In this document: positions 25,902-40,361 of the stretch, in pieces
Layout: the number at the start of each line of letters is the position of its first letter
Numbering within the stretch: the stretch's first letter is position 1
Source of the DNA: Podarcis cretensis
Taxonomy: Eukaryota
Direction: 5' to 3'
DNA: 64,000 nt
NCBI GenBank assembly: GCA_951804945.1
Contig: OX638159.1
Location: 48,608,001 to 48,672,000, forward strand
Position numbers and translations under genes: made by a program
The notes under the pieces: model-generated
Databases searched by the model: none
Told to the model about the DNA's origin: nothing
What the model saw: only the letters and a program-made list of their open reading frames with translations

Positions 25902-26596
25902 ACATATATATGTCCCAATATTTTGTTTCATAGGATGGATACAGACAACCAAGTCCCATAACCTCAATGTGTGAAAGCATGAGTCATAACCCTCCCTTGC
26001 CCAAGCCTACCACTTAGAGCAAGTGGGTACTAATTCAAATTGCCAATCCCCTTTTTGCCTGGCAAGGGTTCTCTCAATATTCCTGTGTCCCACATACCGT
26101 ACCTATTTGCCTTATAGGGCTCCCAGCAGCAAGCTTCTATAACCTTAAACAATCTCCTAACTACTTGTATTCTGCTGCCACCATACAGATACAAATATCT
26201 CTGGCTGACTTTGTCACAGCCTTAATAGCTTGGCCAAATTTGAGAAGTGGTTTGAATGAAGAAATCCTTATTATAGCAAAAGCTGTATGGTTTGTTTTCC
26301 ATAACAGTGTTTGCATACTTTATATTTCATAACCTCACTGTTAAGACCATGTTCATGGAAGACAATCTTACTCGACTACGGGTTATCGCCAAAGAAGATT
26401 TCCTAACACATGCTTATAACTCTATCCCTACTGCAAATCCTAATCCTATCCTATTCTGCCTACTCTACCCACTACCCCTCAGCATTTACACTAGTCACCC
26501 TTCTCTTTCTCCCTCCAAATCCAGCTGTCTTGAATATCCAAACAAGCACACAACACACTCCAGAAATCCATCCCTTTCTCATTCTCTTCCACCTTA

Positions 26597-26957
26597 GTAA
26601 AGGTAAAGGTACCCCTGCCCGTACGGGCCAGTCTTGACAGACTCTGGGGTTGTGCGCCCATCTCACTTAAGAGGCCAGGGGCCAGCGCTGTCCGAAGACA
26701 CTTCCGGGTCACGTGGCCAGCGTGACATCGCTGCTCTGGCAAGCCAGAGCCGCACACGGAAACGCCGTTTACCTTCCCGCTGGTAAGCGGTCCCTATTTA
26801 TCTACTTGCACCCGTAGGTGCTTTCGAACTGCTAGGTTGGCAGGCGCTGGGACCGAGCAGCGGGAGCGCACCCCACCGCAGGGATTCGAACCACCAACCT
26901 TTCGATCGGCAAGCCCTAGGCGCTGAGGCTTTAACCCACAGCGCCACCTGCGTCCCC
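26597..26957 (-). mobile_element. full-length young Sauria SINE (distinct subfamily)
   Basis: Exact 13-bp TSD CTCTTCCACCTTA (26584-26596, 26958-26970); nearly identical to 61811-62191. Confidence 0.95.
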
Positions 26958-28392
26958 CTCTTCCACCTTACCTTATATAAATATCTCCCAGCACAGAATT
27001 GTACTGCCTATCTCATAATATACAAACCTGTACAAGTTGGTTACAATGACAAACACCACAGTATGTCCACTACTTAAATGTGTTTTAAGTGTAGTTAACT
27101 TCAGCAAAGCAGATAACCATGATAGAGGCTCTGTCTTACTAGTGTGGATGCTATAGCCTGACCACTATAGTTACTGGCTATTCCCCCTCCAACCACCATG
27201 CATTACTGCTGTGCTACATCCTGGTTCTTTGTTTAGGGAATTAAATGGTATATGACATTCTGTTTACTCAGACTGATAACAGAATTGTTTCAAAGAGGTC
27301 AATAAATCATTTTCCTATTTCTTTAAAGTTGTTGTCTCTGTTAGGAAAAAGTTCAAGCTTTTTTAGAGAAAAAAGAAATGTACACTGCCTCCTACAAAGT
27401 AATCTGCTGCTTTGCTGTTAACCTACTGAAGCCACTGACTTGTTATATTAAATTTATCTATGCATGTTTTGTGGTTATTTTTCCAACTGAAAATTATATG
27501 ATATGCACATGTGTACATGCAGAGTATTTATATAGCATGTGAAAATTATTAAAGCGAATGAACCCATATTTTTATTCATTAGATTGGAACATTAAAAAAT
27601 GGAAAGTAATTGCATTGCACAGACACAGTTTCTTCAGTTTCCCTACCAGTGTTATGCTGTGTGCAGTGTTAGAAAAACAGATTTATAAGATAGGCACCAA
27701 ATGATTCCCTAAAGCAGGGTTACAGTCGCCAAAACAGAATGCCTGGTTTCCATTTATGGGCTAGATGGCTTGAAAGCTGTATTTTTCAATACAACTTTTT
27801 AATTCCTAGAATTCATTGTGCAGATAAAAAATAACAGATAGAATTCTACAGGATGTGTTACTAGTGTGGGAAACCAGCCAAAATGCAAGGACCCCCAGGC
27901 TTGCACCTCCAGATGGTAGAGAAGTCAGACGCCTGGTGCCCTGACATCTTCACTTGGTTGCAAGTGGCTAACAACCAGGAGCAAAATGCGCCTGGCGCCT
28001 GGTGAACTTCAAACACTGACTGAGTGTAAATATTAGAATATTAACTGCAAGAATGTTAGATGCTCCAGAACAGCTCAATGGTACAGCTTCATAATTTCCT
28101 GTTATTAAAATCACAGTCTGACTGTGCACCACAAGTGACCAGAATCCTTTGCATGTTTATGTATAAGTACAGTGCACAAAAAAAAGGGGGGGGAGTACAC
28201 TGTGCCTGCCACATACACAATTTACTCACGCAATTACAACCTTGGGAGCATGGTTGAAAGATAAATAAATAAATGGACAAAACGTTTTGACTATGGCAGA
28301 CCAACACGGCTACCTATCTGTAAATAAATGGAGAGCAGGGAGAAGTCACCACAGGAAGAACTTTTTGAGCCCTTCTGTCCTCAGGGACACAC

Positions 28393-28780
28393 TTATTATT
28401 ATTTTAGTATTTATATGCTGCCCATCTGACTGGGTTGCCCCAGCTACTCTGGGCAGCTTTCAACGAAGTACAGTCATACCTTGGAAGTCAAACAGAATCC
28501 ATTCCGGAAGTCTGTTCGACTTCCAAAACGTTCGAAAACCAAACCGCAGCTTCTTATTGGCTGCAGGAAGCTCCTGCAGCCAATCAGAAGCCGCAGAAGC
28601 CCCGGGAGACGTTCGGCTTCCAAAAATAGTTCGCAAACTGGAACAGTCACTTCCAGGTTTGTGACGTTCGGGAGCCAAAATATTCAGGAACTAAGCTGTT
28701 TGAAAAGCAAGGTACGACTGTATTAAAACACACAAAAATACTCAAAACATTAAAAACCTCTCTGAGCAGGGCTGCCTCTA
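28393..28780 (-). mobile_element. L2 3' fragment interrupted by a MITE
   Basis: GCCCATCTGACTGGGTTGCCCCAGCTACTCTGGGCAGCTT resumes after 28722 and ends at GCAGGGCTGCCT. Confidence 0.72.
28471..28720. mobile_element. Tigger/pogo-type MITE
   Basis: TA|CAGTCATACCTTG ... CAAGGTACGACTG|TA; internal palindrome ATTGGCTGCAGGAAGCTCCTGCAGCCAAT. Confidence 0.87.
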
Positions 28781-31634
28781 GCAGAGGCAGATCTTATTCC
28801 TTGTCCCACAAAAAAGGGGGTGGACCCTCCCTGCTCTCACCTGGGAGCTTCCCTTTCTTCTCCCAGCCTCCCACCCTGGGAGATCTTCCCTTCCCTGCCT
28901 CTCACACAGGATGCTACTGAAGGAAACCTTCTTGCCTCTGTTAGGTTTCCAGGACTCTGCTCATTATACATGCTGGTATGCTTTTGGCTGTGGTGGAATA
29001 TTTCCTGATTTGTGATATACATTAGAGCTTAGCTTCTATTACTGATTTTTTAACACAGCCCAAGCATTTCAGAGAGACTGTCCCTCCACTTTTCCTTTGA
29101 ACTTCCTTTTTTTTAATCAATCCTGTCATTTTGGGGAAGTTTCCTCAAGTCGAAAATGCCTGTTTGATTTTCTTGACAACCTGTCCAACATGTATGTTGG
29201 CAAAATTCAACAAGTATGTTGAATTTAATAGCACTATGGTTACTGTTACAATAGGTTCAACACTTACATCTTGCACCAGGTCCTCCTAGGCATCACTTAA
29301 GACTTACGTCCAGAATCACCACTGGTTGGTTGCCCCAACTAATGGCTCAAGCGCAGTCATTCAGGGCATCTAGAAATGTTACCTGTCATGAATAGAACAT
29401 GCATGTACAAGTCTATGCAGGTCACCCATTACTACCACACTTCTTTGATTTCATTCTCCATCTCAAGTCTACCCTGGACATTTTGAAAAGATAGACAATA
29501 GTATATTTCCAGTCCTAACTACTCCACCCAATCACTTCTCAGCAATTATGTGAAGTCCACCCGTTTTGGGATTTCTAGCTTGTTATACTTTATATTAGGC
29601 CTACTATATTTATTATGCCAATGACTCCAGCTCACCCATCTTGGCTCACAAGCTTCTAGCATTTGGCCTACCTCTACACACTGTCTCTTTCCAAATATCT
29701 TAGGCAGATATGTTTTACCCTACAGCGCTTTGGCTTCTCTGAATTGCTCTCATGTGCCCCTGCAGTCTCAGTGCATAGAACTATGTCTTCCTCTTTTGAA
29801 TGATCAGACCAAATCATTCCCCAGAAGTAAGATTGAAAATGTTTATGATCTGGATGCTTCGCAGCTCCTGTCAGCTTCCCCTACACACTCACAAAACGTA
29901 CTTCTGATGCTCCCACTCCCATCCCTACAAAAGCCTGGGGAAACCAGAGCCAAGACCAGGCCTGAAAAAGTAGGCTTGGTCCTATTTTTATGGTTTATGA
30001 GGCAATGTGCAATGTATGATTTGCCCCTTCTTCTGTGTGGAAGACTGTATATCTACTGTACACATATTATGCTTTCCCTGTTAAAAGTGATATCTTGTAT
30101 ATAACTAGAGGATTCTACCCTCCTTTGTATCTCATTACCTTAGAGAAAAAATGGCTGTGTACAATAAAATAGAGAAAGTCCATACTGCAGCTTCTGATTA
30201 AAAGTGAACTCTGAATCTGAAAATCATGAAGACTAAACTCTTAAATCTCTTAATATGTGTTCATGTAATTCCTTTAATATATTTCTACACAAAGCAAAAA
30301 TCCTTCATATGCATGCCACCCTCTAACTTCAACATATACACAGGAGCATGTGCCCTTGATATCCTGTAATAAAGACCTGTAATGTGTGTTTTGCAAGCTG
30401 GGACTGGTGTAAGATTTACACCTGTCCTTGCAGAAGCATCTGTTTAATTGCAGAAGAATTCACCTCAACATTTACTGAAGGAGGCGTCTACCAAGTTGCA
30501 GCCAGCAAAATTTTTAAAAGTAATGGATGTCAAGTAGATTTTCAATATACCATTTAGGGAAATGTAGAGTTAACACTTTCTCACCCAGTAATAGTGAATA
30601 TCTATCTTCTCTGTAAGATATATGCCTTTTTATAAACTAAAGGCAGACATTTAACCCTAATCAGGGTTCTTATATAGAGCAACTAGGGACCATGTAAAGC
30701 TCAGAAAATAATTAGCCTGAAAACATTCACCTTATTGTAATCTAAGTAAATACAAATTCAACATTTTTTCATCTACTTTCTCATATTAGAATGCAAAGAA
30801 TTGCACCTTTGATTTAAGATATTTTTAGTAAGAAAATTGTTTCCAGACGTCACAGTTGTTCAGAAACTCAAACATGTTATTAGTAACAAAAGCCTGTAGT
30901 ACAACCCACTATAGGCAGTGGACCTTGCTGGCCTTTGTTAATTCTCAGAAAGTTGTTCCCATAACTGAAATAAGAGTACCCATCAACTTCATGGGACTGC
31001 CAAGAACATTTCAAAACTCTGTAAAAATGTCAAAAATGTCAATATAAATAAGAATTCTATTTCTCTCAAATTGTATGACCCCTAACAAGATTTGAGATTG
31101 AAAAAAACCATGCATGAAACCATGCAGTAAGTATCTTGTTGCATCTACCATGTTCATTAATGCACATGCAATCTGATGTTCCATACAGCTAAAGTTTTAA
31201 TCTAACTATACCAGTTTCTGAAGAGAATTCCCAATTCTTATAGTGCACATTTCCTACTTTAATTACAGCTAAAGGCACAGAAGAGGCTGGTAACAAACAA
31301 AAACTACTGTATCAAAAGAGGACAAAATAAACTCGAGCAAGTAAGGTTATGAAGCAGTTCTTGGATACCTTAGAAAGAAGTGCAACAAAAAGACATACCA
31401 GTTTAACTATACTGTAGTATATACCACCACATAAGCCTGTCTACTTACTCACTTAACAGGTATTGCAGGAGGGTATTTATTTATACGTATGCTCACTTTG
31501 TGCAGAAAATTCTATTTATAAAGAGGTTCCTAGTAAATTAAAAATTCACTTCAAAAGCTTCACAGGGATCATAACAGATATTTTAGAGCAGGGGTAGCTA
31601 AACTTTCTGGCTCTAGGGTCATAATCACCCTCAG

Positions 31635-31852
31635 CCTCGGGTTAAGTACTTAATTCCTTCTGGAGGTTCGTTCTTAACCTGAAACTGTTCTTAACCTGAA
31701 GCACCACTTTAACTAGTGGGGCCTCCTGCTGCTGCCGCGCCGCCAGAGCACAATTTATGTTCTCATCCTGAAGCAAAGTTCTTAACCCGATGTACTATTT
31801 CTGGGTTAGCGGAGTCTGTAACCTGAAGCATATGTAACCCGAGGTACCACTG
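31635..31852. mobile_element. Tigger/pogo-type MITE with the left terminus clipped
   Basis: Same family as 9143 and 18253; right end GAGGTACCACTG|TA. Confidence 0.85.
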
Positions 31853-33649
31853 TACACGTTTGCAGCTGCATGCTAGTCCTGCACAGTCTCCCCTCCTCAG
31901 ATACATGCGGATCAGCTGGATGGGTTAATGCCCCTCCCTACTTTTCAAGTGATCAGTCTGATGACCAGGAAGGGGATGATTTGCCCCCTCAGAATGCTGA
32001 GCTGTCTGGAGAGTTTTTGCAATCCATTGCTGCCTCTACTTTAATTTTTTTTATCTGCTGATAAAATCAGTGCAGTTGGAGGTGGTGGGGGGAGTGTGCT
32101 AAGGAGTTGACTCTTTAGCAACCCATTTTTAAACACCACATCATGATTCCTCTAATGTGTTCTTGTATTGACATTTATCCTTGTGAAAATATTTAGTTAT
32201 AATGGGAGGTGCAAAGAAAAGTTAAGATGGTTAACAGCATATAATAACATAAAGTGATATGTCTTGGCCATTGATTACGGTAAGTAAATTTAGAACCACA
32301 TAGCTTCTTCTGTACCTATGCAAGCAGAAACATTTTTTCTGATTGAAAAATTTTAATAGTTTTTTAAGTACCTTGAGAGGCAATAGCTAACCTGCCTCCA
32401 ACACAAGAGTTCAAAAACTTACGCATACCTGAAAAACTGTCTCACCACATTTTGCCTCTGTGCTAGATCTAGGTCACTATAGTGTTCTTTGCATGAAACA
32501 TACCAAGTCTGAAGCAATTCCATAGAGTTTACTTTGCAGTAAATAATTTTACTATTCATATCCCAGCGACTTCATAAGAATCCTGCTCAGACAAAAATCT
32601 GTCTAGTCCAGCATCCTATTTCCCATGGTGGCCAACCGCAATACTGCTGAGAAGCCCACATGCAAAACATGAAGGAAATAAACCTCTCTTGCAATTGTTT
32701 CAGAAGTCCAACAGGTTAGACTGTAATCTGTCCCCACAACTTTGACAGGTGGGATTATTTTTACATCAGATGATTGACAGGCAGGTTCTGCTAGAACTCT
32801 AGTGGAATGATAGCCCATCATCTTGGAAGGATACCTGCCAGCACATTCTTCTCATCTGTGTGCATGCACATATATGTATGGTAAGAAAGGACACTATATT
32901 GTCCCTACAAAAAGTTATTAATTTTAATGTAAGTAGCCTTAACTACTGGGATAGCTTGGTATCATTTTATTAGTGCTTTGACATGCAGCCTTGCATAGGT
33001 GTTAGTAAGATAGAATAACAATTCCTTTAAATTTTCCCCTCTCCTTGAAAAGCAGTCATGGTCTGGTTGGAGAGGAAAGGCTTGATCTGGAAGAGGTAGG
33101 CAGGAAAAAGACCTGTTGCCTGGCAGAGTCAGGACAAGGACTTATCTGGAACAGAACCAGAAAGCATCACTTGGCCATGCAAGCACTCTTGTTCTGTGCC
33201 TTTCTAGCTAGGGTATGCTGGTTTAAAAAAAGGGGGGGTTCAGACATAATACGAAACCAATGTTAAAACAAGCCATAGGTTAGGGTGCAACAACGGAATG
33301 TGCAGGTGCACTTTTTAAATAACAATACAAAGTTGAAAATGAATGAACCTCAACTAAAATATGTTCACTTTTCACATGGGCTAGTCCTTCCCCCATCCAC
33401 CTCACTAATATTCTTAAGAGGGTCTCTTCTCCAGTCTTCAGAGAGAAGCTGGAAGTAGGGAAGCTGTTTTAAGTGCGGAAGCACTCTGCAGTTTTAATCT
33501 GAAATCTTAGGAGCAGTACTGTGCCCAGAGGTCAGAAACTGCTCGCACTAATGAAATTCCCTGTCGCAAAATGTGCCTAGAACAATGGGAGTTTCGAATA
33601 CTGAGAACATCCTCTTTAGCGTATGTAACCTGAAGCATATGTACCCCTT

Positions 33650-33992
33650 CTTTGTGTGCCTCCTCCACAAAATGTTCTGAGGGTGGCCACACAAGAATAG
33701 GCCTTTTCTGCAGTGGCTCCCTGTTTGTGGAATGCTCTCTCCAGGGAGATTCAGCTGGTGTCTTCATTATATACCTTTAGCTACCAGGGGAAAAACATTC
33801 CTTTTCAACCAGGCCTTTGGCTGATTGACATCTGATGACCTTTCAAATGTGTTGTGGAAGGGAGGATTCTTGATTTGTTGTTGCTCTTATTTTTACTATG
33901 CATTTTGTGGTTTTAATATTGTAACTTTATGTTGTGAAGCACCCTGAAATCTATGGATGAGGGCTGGCATACAAATTTAATAAATAATAAAA
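33650..33992 (+). mobile_element. old L2 3' fragment
   Basis: AGGCCTTTTCTGCAGTGGCTCCCTGTTTGTGGAATGCTCT (RAFS-A-P-LWNAL motif) and an AATAAAT-rich tail. Confidence 0.7.
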
Positions 33993-35702
33993 TATATATA
34001 TTAATGCACACAAGCAACTGAAAACAAAAGACACTATTCACATACATAAGCAATTATGGGCACACAAAGTATTCCAGTTTTTCCATCCAATCAGCTGGAG
34101 CTTTACTTGAGAGGCACCCCTTACTATCAAGGACAGCTTTTTGAATGATCCAAGGACTGCAGTGGAAATTGGAGGGAGTGGTTCAAAAGGCCCACTGGAT
34201 GTGTTTTTGTTTTAAAATGAAGTTATTCAGCATTGCACAAAAGCTGCATTGTAAGCATAAGAGTAGATAACATTAATCTGCATGAAATGCTTTTGAGCTA
34301 GTTTAAAGTACTACAACACATTACTTATTATTTAAAGCTAATGTCTAGTCTTGGTAGTGTGCAAAAACTGATACTGAACTGGAACTAAACCAGAACATTA
34401 GAAAATATGGGTCAAACCAAAGAGTAGTGAAACCTATTTTTTCCCAAGGTTCAACTCCTGGGTGAAAGCTGATCATTTGAATCTCCCCCACTGTGGGGTG
34501 TTTTCAGACACTGCTCACATTTCAAACACTACTACATGGCAGCATTTTCAGAGGCTCCGCACAGTGAATAGCTGAATAGTGGTTTTGACTGAAGCATGTG
34601 TCAGTAATGAGAAGCATGAACTAATCCAATACCTGCTGCTACCAAGTACTGTTTCTCCTTCACTCCACACGTTCAGTATAGTTGCATCAGACTGCAGAAG
34701 GAGTTGTATTTCAATTTGCTATTCGTTGTAGATGGCCATGGGAAGGGCTTCAGCATTTCCCTCTTTTTAAGAATTGTACAGTATTAAGATTCTATTGTTC
34801 TGCTCAATCCCAATCTCCCTCCCCACCCACTAACATTGCCAAGTTGAAAATTCACTGAATATTGTTGGGCTTTTACCTTCTGGACATAGTCAACACAATA
34901 CTGCTGCCTCAAGACTCTGCTGTGTGCCCAAGGTGTTATGCTAAAGAGGTAGGTTGTCACAAGTTAACCATGCCATCAGTCAAGCCCAGAAGGCATTTAA
35001 AAAGCCAGGGAAGGCCACTATTGTCAACATTTCTGCCATACTGGTATAGAAAAGACAGACACATGCTGTGTTTCCTACAGACAAACAGTATGGTGCTATC
35101 ATGGATCTTAGCTTATGGGTGTTCTGGTTCAGAACCAGATGGAAGAGAGAGCAAAAAGGAAAACACAGCAGGGGGCGTGGACAAGTTGCTGCCATTTTAA
35201 GTTGAAAGTATGGCTCTTCCTACTTTTCACCTCCTCTAAAGAGCTGTGAACCCTTGAGAAAAGGGTAAAAAAAAGTGCACACAGCCTCAAAGGAGAGTAT
35301 TTAATTTAGGGCTGCATGCAGAGCCAGCAGTAGTGCTTGGCCAACTGCACATACAGTTCAGATGCTCCTCAAGGGACAACTACTACCCACTCCAGGAGGC
35401 CAGGCTTGCAAACTGTTGGTCTACAACTCAAATTCCGAAACATCCCATGCCCCAAAAAGTATTTATACCATCTGCACAGTTTTCCACTAGCCTGCTGAAG
35501 CTGCATAAGGAGAAGTCCTGAGTGGCATACTACCCTCCTATGATAGAGCAGTGACTGCCTCCTCCATAGCCTAGCCCTAGCTCTTTTTTTCATTTCTTGG
35601 CTCCAATGCTAGATGACAGTGATATCAACAGTCATTCAAAAGTAAGGCTGAATAAGAATGTATAAAAACCCAAAATTTAAAGCACTGTTATAGAATTGTT
35701 AT

Positions 35703-35954
35703 GAAGAAGAAGAGGAGTTTGGATTTGATATCCCGCTTTATCACTACCCAAAGGAGTCTCAAAGCAGCTAACATTCTCCTTTCCCTTCCTCCCCCACAAC
35801 AAACACTCTGTGAGGTGATTGGGGCTGAGAGACATCAGAGAAGTGTGACTGGCCCAAGGTCGCCCAGCAGCTGCATGTGGAGGAGTTGAGACGCGAACCC
35901 AGTTCCCCAGATTACGAGTCTACTGCTCTTAACCACTACACCACACTGGCTCTC
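35703..35954 (-). mobile_element. Squam3-like tRNA-derived SINE
   Basis: Minus-strand head GAGAGCCAGTGTGGTGTAGTGGTTAAGAG (A box), B box GGTTCGCGTC, (CTT)n tail. Family name from recollection. Confidence 0.85.
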
Positions 35955-38900
35955 ATTAATTACTAAAGCTAATAATTAGAAGCTATTTAAAAATAAATAA
36001 ACTATAACCTGCCTTGCAAGCTGTTTTTGACCAAAAGGCAACTCATCAATATTTTTTATAAATAAGTAAAATAAATTCCAGAAGGTGATCAGGCAGGGGA
36101 GCTCTGTAAGCCAGAAGTTAGTTTCTTCATTTTGCTTTCAGGCAGTGACAGACAGGTTAGTAAAACTTTTGCTGAGTACTGCACTAGCAACTTGTGTCAT
36201 TTCCAAGCCTGGTGAAATGCCTAATTTTTCAATAGCTACATCTGGGAAAACAAAATAGTAAGTCTGGAAAATCTAAAACCAAGAATGATATGAAGAAAAC
36301 TACCACACTCAACTTATTTGAAAAATTATTATTATTCCCAAACTTCAGCAATATTTAGCAGTCAATGCAAATTTAAGCCCCAAGCTTTCAGCAGGGCTAA
36401 AAAGTTCCTAAGCTCATGCAAACTTGCAGCAGAATGGAATTATGCTAACTGGATGCTTTTGAAGGCAAAAGAGGGTGAGATTATTTTTGCTAATTCCCCC
36501 TGCAGTCATCTGTACCTTCAAAACATCTGTTCTGGAAGGTCAGGAGACTCCCTGGGAAAATGAAGTGATGGTGGCTGGTGGGGTGGGTGGGTGGGTGGGT
36601 GGGAAATGGGCAAAGATCACCTCCCCTCTTCCTCTAACAGAAGACTTTCAGATAATGGAAGAGCAATTCTGCATCCAACCCATGCAATTTCCCCAGCCCT
36701 GTCCACAGTCATATATACAAATGCCTTACAATGGAAAACTCCAATTCTGACTTGAAAACATGGAAGCAAGTCACACCAGTTCCAATGGAACCTATTTCTA
36801 AGCAGATCTGTTCAGAACCAATGCTTAAGAAAGCATTTCGAAGAATCACTAACTTGCATACTTAAGTCCAGTAAAGATTTCTATACTGCAAAGTACAGTA
36901 TAACACTAAATTACTAATCTCTAAAAATGCCAATGTAGGTTAATGAAATAATTTTATTCACAGTAAATTATTCACCCTACTCAGCATTAACTAGTTTCAT
37001 CATATGTATAAAGTATACAAGATGTGAATGGGCACATCTTATTGCCCATTTAGGATTAGAAGTGCATTGTCCTGGGCACCAGATACAATAAAGGGGCATT
37101 GTCCTTGACCTAGATTGAGTGCATATATGGCATTGATTCCACACTTAATCCATGCAGTTAGAATGTATGTCATTTCAACAAAGTAAATGGGGAGCAAAAG
37201 TGTGTGGGCATATGGTAGTGCCAGAATGTGTAGCTCCAATGTTAGAATAAAGGTTTAAACTAATTTGTTAACTTTTTTCTTAAATTAAAACTATTAAAAA
37301 TAGAACACATGTAATACTCTGCTAAAATGCAGTTACCTGTGACACAATTTAAAGTTTTACACACCATTTAAAATGCATCCCTATATGTGCAGTTTTCAAA
37401 AAACACATTCACCATTCCCAAATGCTTAGAGAAATTGGGGGGGGGGGAGAGAGAGCAGTGTCTTTTTGATAAAATGTAAGGCTTACACAAGTAAAATCCT
37501 GTTCACAAGCCAGTATATGAATCATCTCCTTTTCATTAATTTTAACAGAACTGAATCAGTTTCAATTTAAGATTATATATTTGCAAAATTAGATATGTTT
37601 TATACTTTGTTAAAACAAAGTACAGTAAGTGTTTTAGCACTTATTTTATTTTATGAACTTTTCATTAAAAAACTATTCAAGAACTAAAAAAATGGAAAGT
37701 GTACATCATATATAAATTTTTAGGAAGCAAGAAACAAAGATTTGCTTATTAGCTAAGGCATCCTAATCACACATATTTAACCAAGAAATTCAATGAAGAA
37801 ATAATTGTTCAGTATTTCTAGAGACTATTTTAAGTTTTCTGTCCACTGCTTGGTATTTTTTAAAAAAGCTGGAGACTTTGTAATCTCATATAAATAAAAA
37901 TAAAAATATGGTCAAATAATAATACAAATCATAGAATACATGTAGAAAAAGTCTGCTGAATTTTCCATATTCCATATATTACATGATCACCTTCAAAACA
38001 CACAAAATCTTTGAATAAAGTAAAAGACAGCAGTAGGAGAATGTGTGGCTATAGGAAATTAGTTCATAATTAAATCTTGAACTAAAATAAATAACTTGCT
38101 GGAATTATACAAAATGTGATCAGAAACATCTCGCAATTTAAGCAAAATCATATTGTGTGTAACTTAAGTGACAAAAGAATTATCAGATCTAGTGTCGCTT
38201 TCTGATGATGAAAAACAATCAAGTACAACTATTTTCCATACAGTCCTTTCTTTCCTGTAAACTAGACCTATGCCTCTACATACACCACAGCTTAGGGAAA
38301 ACAAAGATTCAGTTACACACACGGGCACAATTAGAAACGACATGTCTCGCTCAGCAATTCATAAAGTTCAGAAATAAAAGCTGCTTTTTCAAACTGAAAA
38401 TGGTTCCTCTCCCGTGCATATAGGCCTGAGGCCCTGTTGCAAACAGTGTCTAACAGGCCCAGGCAGCACAAAGACAGGAATGGCAGATTAGTGGGAGGGA
38501 GGGAGGCCAGGTTTGGGGCTCAGCAGGATCTTCAAGCTTTTTAAAATTCAAACTGCTGCCTGACCAATACAAATCACGGACACATTGCTGACTACTACAC
38601 AGATTCACAGCATTAAAAACACGCCTTCTGTGTGACAGCTATATTAACGTCACTATATTAACATGTATGAGGAGCCATAAATTCACAATAGTACTCTATG
38701 AACAACAACAAAAGTTACTTTACTTATGAGAAGCACTAAATAACAGCTAACTTCCAATACAAATACAACACTTACAACATCATGAAAGCTAGCACTATGA
38801 AATGTTGCTATGCTCTAACCATCATTGAAAGACATCATTTGGCAACTAGCAATATAAAAATAGCTATCACAACCAGATGAAATGTAGTTCTTCATAGCTA

Positions 38901-40361
38901 TGCGGAACAATTTCATTCTATTAAAACAACATTTATAAATCTATAATTTCCAAAATATTCTATATGTATCTTTTAAAATGCTACATATGCTACCGTTTAA
39001 TGTTAGGAGGCTTAACAAACTTTCAGATAAGTGACAGAGGCATCACCCAATTACACAAACAGCCTGGACGCAATCAATACCTATGGATTTGAAATTGATC
39101 TACTTTCGTTTTTAAAATATTAAAACTTCAGTCTAATTCTGCACAATTTTGACCCATTTCTCAGCCCAATCCTAAACATGTTTACTCAGAAGTATGCTGC
39201 ATCGACTTCAGTAGCACTTCCTTCAACATGTATGTTTTAGGACCGCAGGCTTAACTACAATTGATGAGGAGATTCCAAATTTAAGGTTTTTGGCCTTTAC
39301 AGTGGCAATCAACCACATAGATGTTTAGGCATCCGTGGTTGCAAAGTATCAACGTTTTAGTTCCCATGGAGCAACAACAGCTAACTATTTATCTTTTTAT
39401 GGAAAGCGAGATGGAAAAAAGGGAAATAAAGGTGGCACACGCTGCAGCCAGTGTACGTTGAGAGTTGGGCAGGTGTTTGCGTTCTGTCAGTCATCCAGAA
39501 AGGGCTACCTTTATTTTATCAACGCAGTAGTAGTAGCAGTAGTAGTAGTGAACGCATTCGAAAGGCCTTGCACAGAGCCAGCGACAATTAATCACCTCTC
39601 CAGCCAAACAAATTTGCCGTGTACACTCCAACTATCTGAACCGTCGGGATTGAGCAACGAAGGTTCGAAGGAAACATAGTTGCTGCCAACCATACACAGG
39701 GAGCGCGTGGGAGCGCCCGTCTCTCTCTCTCTCCGCCACCCCGCGCGATTTGGCTGGGACCTTTTCTTTCCCCTCCTTCCTCCCTCAGCTCAGCCCGCCG
39801 GTGTGAAGTTGTAAATATGGCACAGGTTCGGTGCCCCGGCCTCTGCTCCAACTGTATTGTTTCCTCCTCCCCGCTCTTGCTCTCGGGCGCCGAGGCCTGT
39901 CACACAGGAGCCACCTCGCCTCTCTAATCCCCGAGCTGGAGTGAACGCGCTGGCCGCTGGGCCTGCGCCCTCCTCCGGGCTTGGGCTCCTCCAGCAGCTC
40001 GGCAGAAACCATTCTCTCCTCCGCCAAACCCCGGGAGGAGGCGGAGGCGGGGAGAAACGTGAAAACACCCCCCACCCCTCGGCTGCCACTCATTATTTCT
40101 CTTCCCCTCACCCCCGCCGCCCCACTCCTCTCCTTTTTCCCACACCGGCCGAAAAGGCTAATTCCCCTGACTGGGCCGCCTCGCCTAAGAGGAGGCCCAG
40201 CTCGCGGCTTCCCTTTCGCGGAGGAGGAGGAAGAGGAGAAACCTGAAAGGGGGGGAAGAGGGGGGCTTTTACCTGAGCAAAACACCGTCTGAAGCCAACC
40301 GAAAGCCAAGCGGTGGCGGGGGGGGGAAGGAGGAAGGAGAAAAATCCGCCCCCCTCCCTCC

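Larger units (their letters stand above)
1..40272 (-). other. NIPBL: NIPBL intron 1 (partial; exon 2 with the start codon not found in the window)
   Basis: Donor CTCAG|GTAAAA at 40273/40272. No sequence encoding the NIPBL N-terminus (MNGDMPHVP...) seen. AT-rich and TE-dense, consistent with the long first intron of NIPBL. Confidence 0.8.

Noticed and set aside
40235-40272. Pyrimidine tract plus CAG|GT 30 nt downstream of the exon 1 donor
   Set aside because: Too close to form an intron, and GTTTCT is a weak donor.
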